Source: a bacterium
GTDB lineage: Bacteria; Fidelibacterota; Marinisomatia; Marinisomatales; UBA1611
Direction of reading: 5' to 3'
Length of the DNA: 48,383 nt
Assembly: GCA_018645565.1 (NCBI GenBank)
Contig: JABGWJ010000098.1
Location: 1 to 48,383, forward strand
Shown here: positions 35,964-44,600 of the stretch, piece by piece
How positions within the stretch are numbered: position 1 is the first letter of the stretch
How the letters are laid out: the number at the start of each line of letters is the position of its first letter
The notes under the pieces: model-generated
What the model saw: the letters and a program-made list of their open reading frames with translations, nothing else
What the model was told of the DNA's origin: nothing
Databases searched by the model: none
Translations under genes and position numbers: made by a program

Positions 35964-36676
35964 TTATATACCTATCATTACTAGTTTTTATATCCTCATC
36001 AAGAGCATATACGAGAAGCGTAGATCAAATTATTAAGAAAACTCAAGATCAATTTGAGATGGCTGATAATTACCAAGTCACTATGAAAATTCAACTCAAA
36101 GTTCCTGGTTTTCGTATGCCAAAGAAAAAATATAAAGTTTTTTTTAAACAACCTAATAAACTCAAAATTAAATCTCGCGGATTTGGAATGCTGCCAAAAA
36201 CAGGTATTTTTACTTCTCCTCAAGATAATTTTGATAACTTGAAAAATATGCGCTTTCTTAGGAGCAGAAATAATGAGGGTAAAATATTTATTAAAGGTGA
36301 TGTGATTGTAGATAGCTTAAAACTAAAGATGCCAAATGATTATGCTAAATTAGGTTTTAAACCAAGCGTAACCGTTAAGATAGATACAAATAAATGGGTC
36401 ATAGACAATATCATAACAGAGTTAGATACTCTTAAACTTGTTGAAATAACAAATGAATACAAAATTATAGATAAAAAGTTCACAATGCCCTCTGCTTCTA
36501 CTGTTCAGTATTTTATAAAAGATGCAAAACTATCTGGTTGGCTTAAAAAAGACATTACAAGTATTGTTGGCCAGAACCCACTTGAGAAATCTAATGATAT
36601 GGTTGAAGGAAAAATATCGATTATATACGAAGATTATATTATAAATAAAGGCATCAAAGATAAAATCTTTGACTAA
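35945..36676 (+). CDS. Secreted LolA-like / lipoprotein-sorting-fold candidate protein
   Basis: 243 aa with the signal IIYLSLLVFISSSRA. The N-terminus VDQIIKKTQDQFEMADNYQVTMKIQLKVPGFRMPKKKYKVFFKQPNKLKIK follows the pattern typical of LolA/RseB-like half-barrel proteins. This is fold inference only. Confidence 0.4.
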   Translation: MRHIRLIIYLSLLVFISSSRAYTRSVDQIIKKTQDQFEMADNYQVTMKIQLKVPGFRMPKKKYKVFFKQPNKLKIKSRGFGMLPKTGIFTSPQDNFDNLKNMRFLRSRNNEGKIFIKGDVIVDSLKLKMPNDYAKLGFKPSVTVKIDTNKWVIDNIITELDTLKLVEITNEYKIIDKKFTMPSASTVQYFIKDAKLSGWLKKDITSIVGQNPLEKSNDMVEGKISIIYEDYIINKGIKDKIFD

Positions 36677-36680
36677 GTAC

Positions 36681-38018
36681 TCAGAAAGTAAAATTAATAG
36701 AGACACCAGGGGCTAAAGTTTTATTTTGAGGTAGTAGCGTTGGGTTAATTGTAAGTGCCATACCGTTTTTAATAAAACTACTTTCACTTGATACATCAGA
36801 ACTTATATTTTTTCTAGAGAAGTACCAGCCTGCAGTGATACTGGCTACATCCAAGAACCTAGATGACCGTTCACCATAATCTATTCCGGTAATCAATGCC
36901 GTGCCAACCCAAGCAAGATATGCAGACCCTGCACCCAGCCCAACAATTTTCTCTTGCCCTTGCGTAAGGCTTCCGTACCTTTTATTTAATCTATCAGCTA
37001 AATATAAAAAACCATTTATTCCAACCATTGTAAGCATTGTTTGGTCTTTGTAATGATTGATATCCATGGCATAACCCAAAAGCAAACTGTTCATATAGCC
37101 TAAACCCATCGATAAATTTAAAAATGCTACATCACCCTCTGTAATTGATGAATTATTAAGAGCTATATTTTTTGCCAGCTTACCGCCAGCCAAGGCCCCA
37201 GCATAAACTAAAGACGTTGTCCATCGAGCAAAGTTCTCAGGGTTTTTTTGAGACCAATCAACCCAATCAGTTTGCTGAATTACGCCTATGGTATTTAATG
37301 CTCCCAGGTTGATACCCAAAGATATTAAAAACGACTGACCATTAGAGAGTTTCCACTTTGTATATGTTTTATCTGCTAAGATTGCTCCATAAGGAACAGA
37401 AAACATGGTATAGCCAAGTGCTATTTTTCCTTCAGGGTCAAACTCGCCCCAATTTTCTAGCCCGACCATACTGATGATTGGTATAATTGAATAAAAACCC
37501 AAGTTTGCACCAGCAAACTGTAAATATGAACGCCCCAGAGGTAAATCCATTGTCCTTGTATAACTTGAGCTTAAAGAATAAGATGTAGCAAAAGCCAATA
37601 ATTTAAAACCTACGTACTGATCTGCTGTCTGATCCCAATTAAAAAGGTAAGGTATTCCTTCTCCATAAAGGGTATTACCAATACCCATCGCACCGTAGAT
37701 TGTTCTCCATCTGGCTTCTTGGTTTAAAGGTTTTTTTACAACATTATCTTGATATACTATACCGCTATTTTGATTATTTTCAATCGATTTAGTTATTTTC
37801 TTATTGTTAATAGAATCAATATCGTTAATAGGAATAACCAGTTCACCAAATTCAGTATTTAGCTTATAAGTAGTATCTGTTTTTGCAATTAGTGAACCCG
37901 TAATTATATTGCCATTTTTAAGGTCAACTATTATTTCCTTTTCTTGAGAAAAAGAAAAGGAAAGCAAGAATAATGATACAAATAATGCTATACGTCTGTT
38001 ATAATTATCACTTATCAT
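36681..38018 (-). CDS. Hypothetical envelope protein, possibly an outer-membrane beta-barrel
   Basis: 445 aa with the signal ALFVSLFLLSFSFSQ and an N-terminal soluble module of about 70 aa. The body is Gly/Tyr/Ala-rich and ends in an aromatic residue (GVSINFTF), like an OMP beta-signal. Confidence 0.35.
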   Translation of the reverse strand: MISDNYNRRIALFVSLFLLSFSFSQEKEIIVDLKNGNIITGSLIAKTDTTYKLNTEFGELVIPINDIDSINNKKITKSIENNQNSGIVYQDNVVKKPLNQEARWRTIYGAMGIGNTLYGEGIPYLFNWDQTADQYVGFKLLAFATSYSLSSSYTRTMDLPLGRSYLQFAGANLGFYSIIPIISMVGLENWGEFDPEGKIALGYTMFSVPYGAILADKTYTKWKLSNGQSFLISLGINLGALNTIGVIQQTDWVDWSQKNPENFARWTTSLVYAGALAGGKLAKNIALNNSSITEGDVAFLNLSMGLGYMNSLLLGYAMDINHYKDQTMLTMVGINGFLYLADRLNKRYGSLTQGQEKIVGLGAGSAYLAWVGTALITGIDYGERSSRFLDVASITAGWYFSRKNISSDVSSESSFIKNGMALTINPTLLPQNKTLAPGVSINFTF

Positions 38019-38092
38019 ATATTAATCTAAAAACATTAAATTTATATTCTATATAATAATTAGGACTCTACCTTTAAAAATAATTTAAAAAA

Positions 38093-40027
38093 ATGAACAA
38101 AATTCTTTGGAACCCGAATCTGGATAGTAAAAATAACCTTGAAGAGTTTAAGAACCTAATTAACAGTAAATACGCTCTTAGCTTGGACAGTTATCAAGAA
38201 CTTTATGAGTGGTCTGTAAAAAACATTCCTGATTTTTGGAATAATGTCATTACCTATTCAGATATCCAATATAGTGGTGACACAACAACGGTATTGGAAG
38301 ATTTAACAATGAAACCTGCTGCTAATTGGTTTCCTAATACTTCACTTAATTTTGCAGAAAATTTATTAAACGAAAGAAGTGATCATCTAGCAATCATATC
38401 AAAAAGTGAAAAATCTGATATAATCAAAATCACTTACAATGAACTTTATCTTAAGGTTGCCAAGTTAGCTAATTCATTAAAAAGACTTGGAATTAAACCA
38501 GGCGATAGGATTGCTGCTATTCTTCCAAATTCGCACGAGGCAGTTATTGCAATGCTGGCTACCACTTCCATTGGAGCAATCTGGAGCTCATGCTCTCCAG
38601 ATTTTGGAATCAACTCAGTGACAGACAGGTTTAAGCAAATAGAACCAAAAATTATATTTTCTATCCATTCATATTATTATAATGGAAAATTATTTGATTT
38701 TCGAAAAAAATTAAATTCAATTATCCAAAATCTATCTTCTTTAGAAAAAATAATTATCTCTAAACCTGTTGAAGAAGAACTGAATAAAAATGAAGATGTT
38801 TTAAACTTATTAGATTTATTTGATAACAATTGTGATGAGATACAATTTGAAAAGTTTCCTTTTAATCACCCAGCCTTCATTTTATATACCTCAGGAACTA
38901 CGGGTTTACCTAAGTCAATCGTACACGGTGCAGGTGGAACATTATTACAACATAAGAAGGAGTTACTCCTGCATTGCAATGCATCCAAGGATGACATTGT
39001 ATTTTACTATACAACGTGTGGATGGATGATGTGGAATTGGCAAGTAAGCTTTTTATCTACCGGTTCAACAATTGTTCTTTATGACGGTTCACCTTTTTTT
39101 CCTGATAAAACAGCGATGTGGAATTTCATTGATGAGCTAGATATAACAATTTTTGGCACTAGCGCGAAATTTATTGATGCATGCAAATCACACGACCTTT
39201 CCCCAAATAGTTTTGCAAAGTTGGATTCTTTAAAGCAAATACTATCTACTGGGTCTCCGCTCGTTCCTGAAAGTTTTGATTATGTGTACGAAAAAGTAAA
39301 AAAAGATATTCGACTTGGTTCTATATCTGGTGGGACTGATATTATTTCTTGCTTCGCTTTAAATAGTCCTTCAATTCCTGTGTATCGTGGAGAATTACAA
39401 TGTCGAGGATTGGGAATGGACGTTGATGCTTTCGATGATAACGGGAACTCTGTTGAAAATGTAAAAGGTGAACTTGTTTGCAAATCCCCTTTCCCATCCA
39501 TGCCAATATCTTTTTGGAATGATGAAAAAGGAGAAAAATATTATAATGCATACTTTAATAAGTTTAAAAACGTTTGGGCTCATGGAGATTTTATCGAAAT
39601 CAATGAGCACGGTGGTGTAGTAATATATGGACGAAGCGATGCAACGCTTAATCCAGGCGGAGTAAGAATTGGAACAGCTGAAATTTATAGAATAGTTGAA
39701 AAGTTTATAGAGGTCGAGGACAGCCTTGTTGTAGGTCAAGAATGGAAAAATGATCAACGAGTAATATTATTTTTAAAACTGAAAGAAGGTTATAAACTTT
39801 TAAACACACTTACAGATATTATCAAAAAAAACATCAAATCTTCCCTTTCACCAAGGCATGTGCCTGCTATTATTCTTCAAATAAAAGATATACCTTACAC
39901 AATAAGTGGAAAGAAAGTAGAACTTGCAGTTAAAAAAATTATCGAGCGTAAAAACGTAGTAAACCAGGATGCGTTAAGCAATCCTGAGTCTCTAGAATTA
40001 TACAAATCTATTCCAGAATTATTATAA
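38093..40027 (+). CDS. aacS: Acetoacetyl-CoA synthetase (acetoacetate--CoA ligase)
   Basis: 644 aa. N-terminus ILWNPNLDSKNNLEEF...YEWSVKNIPDFW is typical of AacS. It has the AMP-binding motif ILYTSGTTGLPKSIVH and HGDF...GRSDATLNPGGVRIGTAEIY. Confidence 0.8.
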   Translation: MNKILWNPNLDSKNNLEEFKNLINSKYALSLDSYQELYEWSVKNIPDFWNNVITYSDIQYSGDTTTVLEDLTMKPAANWFPNTSLNFAENLLNERSDHLAIISKSEKSDIIKITYNELYLKVAKLANSLKRLGIKPGDRIAAILPNSHEAVIAMLATTSIGAIWSSCSPDFGINSVTDRFKQIEPKIIFSIHSYYYNGKLFDFRKKLNSIIQNLSSLEKIIISKPVEEELNKNEDVLNLLDLFDNNCDEIQFEKFPFNHPAFILYTSGTTGLPKSIVHGAGGTLLQHKKELLLHCNASKDDIVFYYTTCGWMMWNWQVSFLSTGSTIVLYDGSPFFPDKTAMWNFIDELDITIFGTSAKFIDACKSHDLSPNSFAKLDSLKQILSTGSPLVPESFDYVYEKVKKDIRLGSISGGTDIISCFALNSPSIPVYRGELQCRGLGMDVDAFDDNGNSVENVKGELVCKSPFPSMPISFWNDEKGEKYYNAYFNKFKNVWAHGDFIEINEHGGVVIYGRSDATLNPGGVRIGTAEIYRIVEKFIEVEDSLVVGQEWKNDQRVILFLKLKEGYKLLNTLTDIIKKNIKSSLSPRHVPAIILQIKDIPYTISGKKVELAVKKIIERKNVVNQDALSNPESLELYKSIPELL

Positions 40028-40029
40028 AA

Positions 40030-40770
40030 ATGGAAGATATTTATTCAAACCCAGAATTATATGATGCGCTACATGAAGATATTAAGACAGATAAAAATGT
40101 CATTACTCATTATGCTAAACAATGTGATGGACCTGTTCTAGAGATAGCCTCTGGTACGGGTAGGTTAGCAAAGTATATTATTGATTTAGGCCTACCCTAC
40201 ACCGGTATCGACAATAGTGACGCATTTGTAAAAAGTGCTGTCAATAATTTCGCCCAAGGTGGAGAGTTCATACTTCAAGACATGCGTAATTTTAATCTTG
40301 AAAAACAATATGAATTTGCATTCATTGGTTTCAATTCTTTTCTCCATAATCTCAATGATACTGATGCTTTAAGTTGCCTTAAATCCATAAATAAACACTT
40401 ATCAAGTTCTGGTTTATTTTTATTATCTATATTTCAACCAGACCCGTTGTTTTTATATCAAGATGAATATCTTCACGAAGCTCGGTCATTTTTCAATTAC
40501 AAAGGTAAACAATGCAGAATGATGGAAAAAAACAGCTATGATGATGACACACAAATAAATAGCTTAACCTGGTATTTAGAAATTGATGGTGTACTATCTA
40601 AAGAAACCTATTCCTTTGAACAGCGAATGTATTATCCGCATAAAATGGATATCTTATTTGACCAGGCAAATTTTAAAGTTTTGGAAAAGTTTGGAGACTG
40701 GAATATGGTACCTCTTCAAGAAGAAAGTCCTCTTCAAATTTATGTTTGCAAATCAAATAGGCAACAATGA
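40030..40770 (+). CDS. Class I SAM-dependent methyltransferase
   Basis: 246 aa with motif I VLEIASGTGRLAKYI and the downstream acidic-loop residue GIDNS. Confidence 0.75.
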   Translation: MEDIYSNPELYDALHEDIKTDKNVITHYAKQCDGPVLEIASGTGRLAKYIIDLGLPYTGIDNSDAFVKSAVNNFAQGGEFILQDMRNFNLEKQYEFAFIGFNSFLHNLNDTDALSCLKSINKHLSSSGLFLLSIFQPDPLFLYQDEYLHEARSFFNYKGKQCRMMEKNSYDDDTQINSLTWYLEIDGVLSKETYSFEQRMYYPHKMDILFDQANFKVLEKFGDWNMVPLQEESPLQIYVCKSNRQQ

Positions 40771-40771
40771 A

Positions 40772-41602
40772 CTATCTCTTATTAAATGGCTCTCGAAAAG
40801 TCTGAAATGGAATAAGCAGTAAGCTTTTTATACTCGAATAGTCCTCTTCATTAAAGTGAGTGTCAAGACCGTAAACCAAGGATGTCATGTCTTTCTCTTT
40901 CGAGGTTGTTCTAAAAAGATGGTCCCAGAATGAGAAAATATTTCCATAGTTCGAATCTGTATTTGGTTGGACATAGTGGTGATGTATTTTATGAAAGTAT
41001 GGTGTCACAAAGACATAGGATAATAATTCATCTATTTTCTTAGGCATCTGAATATTTGCATGAGTTAGGTGCGCAAAAAATGCTGAGGCCGTCTGATATA
41101 GCATGACTAAACCAAATGAAGGACCTACGACTAGGACAGCAAAACAGGTAAAAGCCAGTCTTAAAATATTTTCCCCAGGGTGATGCCTTAACCCACTTGT
41201 TACATCAACGTTAATATCAGTGTGGTGAATAATATGAAACCGCCACATCCATCTAACTTTGTGCTCAAGAAAATGGACCAACCATGCTCCAATTAAATCT
41301 AATAGTACCAAGCCTATAATTACGTAGAGCAAAATTGACATTTCAAACATATGCAACACACCAATTTGATGGAATTGAGTATAGCTCACCGTTGCTACAA
41401 TCAAAGTTGCTCCGAACAAATTAACAACCAAGGTTATCAACGTAAACGTAATATTAATAGCTGCGTGCTTACCTTTGTGATAATCGAATTGAAATAAAGG
41501 TACGATCATTTCTAAAAGTAAAAAAAAGAAAACACCCGAAACTAAAAATAGTGTTCTAACAAATGTAGGTACCGTTTCAAAATAGGTTAAAATTTCCTGC
41601 AT
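40772..41602 (-). CDS. Fatty acid hydroxylase / sterol desaturase superfamily membrane protein
   Basis: 276 aa and polytopic. It has the three His boxes HFLEH, HIIHH and HKIHHH. Confidence 0.75.
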   Translation of the reverse strand: MQEILTYFETVPTFVRTLFLVSGVFFFLLLEMIVPLFQFDYHKGKHAAINITFTLITLVVNLFGATLIVATVSYTQFHQIGVLHMFEMSILLYVIIGLVLLDLIGAWLVHFLEHKVRWMWRFHIIHHTDINVDVTSGLRHHPGENILRLAFTCFAVLVVGPSFGLVMLYQTASAFFAHLTHANIQMPKKIDELLSYVFVTPYFHKIHHHYVQPNTDSNYGNIFSFWDHLFRTTSKEKDMTSLVYGLDTHFNEEDYSSIKSLLLIPFQTFREPFNKR

Positions 41603-41618
41603 TTGATAATACTCTAAA

Positions 41619-44600
41619 TTATTTCAGAAGTACCATTTTTTTCATTTGATGATACGTACCAGCACGGATAGTATAAATGTACATTCCTGCACCAACAGGT
41701 AATCCCTTATCATTCGTTGCATTCCATACGGTTGTATGGTATCCAGCTGAGATATTACCCTGGATTAATGTTCTTACTTTCCTTCCCATCATATCATATA
41801 TGCTAATTGTCACCATCGACTGCTCAGGGATTGCATAGCGTATCTGTGTGCTAGGGTTAAATGGATTTGGATAATTCTGTTCCAATGCAAACACGGTAGG
41901 TAAAGTCACTTGTTCAGATGATGAGAGAACTGCTGCCGCAATATCGGAAGCATCGCTCTCATTACCAGCACTATCTACCGCAGTGATCCAGTATTCATAT
42001 GAACCTTGAGTACCTTCTTGGTCAACATAAAAAGAGTCTGTTGTGGTAAAAACCATCGCAAGATCAGCACTGTTAAGATCGTTTTTGTAAATATTATGAT
42101 AACTAAAATCCTCATCTACCTGCGTGTTCCATTGTAAAATAACGCTAGAACCGCTCTCAAGCGCAGTTAATCCTTGAGGTACTGTTGGGTGTAGATTGTC
42201 AACAGAAAAGCCTGTTACAGGTTCAGAAACATGGTATAGTACTACATCTTCAGTATGAGCTGTTACTCTAAACGTACTATGATGAACGCCATGAGTAGTA
42301 GAGTCTCCAAGTGTTGGAACGACAAGACTGTACTCATCCTCCGTACCAATCCAAGGTATTGTCGCAATAAAATCCCAGAGATCTGATGTATCAGCTTGGA
42401 ACTCTACTGGAGAATGGTACCAAGAAAAACCACCTCCGCTATTATTACCAAAGTAGCTTGTAAAAGTAACATCATAGTATTCATCATTATCTATGAGATA
42501 AAGAGAAAATACCGGATTACCGGCAAGTTGCTGGACTAGTGTTTGATTTACATTATATCCCGATTGCAATATCGCAGCATTTAATGACGTATATGCTAGA
42601 TCTGAATGGCTTTCATCTAAAGTAGCGCCCCATCTCCAACTTGTTCCAGATGGTCCATTAGGATCGTAACTATCTTGCGAGAAAATATTAAAGATGCCCT
42701 GATTACTCGCTCTAGTTAGCCAGACCGTTTCTGAAATACGGTCTTGATTTTGTTCTAAAGTCCAGTCTGCATTATTCTCTTTGGTAAAATATACAATGTC
42801 TGGTTCTGGATTTACTTTTCTCCATGCAGAAAACTGGGTAAATAGTAATGATGGATCTAACTGACCAGGCTTCCATACGATTTGCATCTGCTTACCCTGG
42901 TCATTTGCTACGTCTCTTAAACTTAATATCTCCGGACGGTGGTCTGCGATATAAACTGTAAACTGCTCACTTACAACATACTCACTATCCGAGACACTCA
43001 AGGTAAATACATACTCCCCATCTTGCTCTGGCTGACCTACGATCTTAGATCCATCTAATGATATCCACGAAGGTGCTCCTTCTAGAGTGAAAAAGATATC
43101 AGAGTCTATATCATCTGCATAGAGCCAGTGCTCTAGTCCTGAAGTAATATCACCCATAGCATGAAAATGGTTCATCGTAAAAAATGGTGGGTCGTTCACA
43201 GGAACAACCTCTACAGTAAACTCCTTTGCATCCGATGCTCTGCTCATATTATCATTAGCAACAACAACGATCTCTACTGTTCCATTCCAATCAGCATCTG
43301 GATTGATATAAAGAAGCGTATCTTCTACAAAAGCAGATACTCTGTCCTGGGAGCTATATGCATAGACACTTAGCTCAGCATTATCGATGTCATTAGCAAA
43401 TATGGAAAGAACCAGTGTTGAGTCTTCATGCATCGATGTATCTGCAAAAGCAGATAACACAGGAGCATCATTCATCGGCTCCACAAAAAGATGTATCATG
43501 GCAGTGTCCGATCGAAAATCAGCTACGCCATCAGTGGTACCATTATCTGTTACTGAAAACAGAAAACTATCTGCACCAAAGAAGTTTGCATCAGGAGTGT
43601 ATGTAAACTCTCCGGAGGTATCAATCACGCTTAGAGTTCCCTTCAAAGTACTTAAAGTAATGCTATAGGTTAAGTCTTGTATCTCTTGTTGTATTGTGAA
43701 ATAATCCCCATCATTAGCTTGCAGCTCGCCATGAAGAGTATCATCTTCCGCTAACATAAAATGATCACTCATTGCCATCGGTTTATCGTTGACCTCAGTT
43801 ACTTCTATGGTAACCATAGCGGGTTCACTGTAAGCTTCACCATCATAGGCGACATACTTAAACGAGTCTAAACCAAAAAAATTATTGAAAGGAGTATATA
43901 CAAATCCCGTATCTAGTGAGATATTTATATTACCATGTTTAGATGAGTCAATGATTTCATATACTAGAAAATCATTATCAGTATCTTCACTACTAAATGG
44001 GAAATCAAATGTATTGTCTTCAAAAATTGTTAAATACTGATCACTTGCAGTAGGTGCCGTATTACAAAGATAAGACCAATTGTTAGGGGCCCAAGCATCG
44101 TTGCTCTGAAATGAAGCATGAATTAAACATTTATTGGTATCTGAAAGTCCACTAGCAGAATAAAACATTTCTACCATAGTCGTGACATTAGAAACATCCC
44201 ATGCTGAAATATCCTGGTCAAAACTAGTTGCAGACCAAAACAGATAATCCATATCCGTTACATTGGACACATCCCAGCTGGAGATATCTTGATTAAAATC
44301 AAGAGCTCTGACAAACGTCAATCCCATATCTATCACACTCGACACATCCCAGCTGGAGATATCTTGATTGAATTTTCTAGTATCTTCAAACGTCATCCGC
44401 AAGCTGGTTACACTAGAAACATCCCAGCTTGAGATATCCTGATTAAAATTCCAGCTGTCGTGAAACATACTGGTCATATTCGTTAGGCTGGACACATCCC
44501 AACCTGATATGTCTTGATTAAAATACCGACAAGTTTGAAACATTCTAGTCATATTAGTTACATTTGAAACATCCCAATTACCGATATCGTCATTGAATGT

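Noticed and set aside
39280-39757. Three overlapping minus-strand ORFs (73, 69 and 120 aa)
   Set aside because: All lie within the acetoacetyl-CoA synthetase coding region, which has a complete AMP-binding architecture. The composition is typical of antisense reading.
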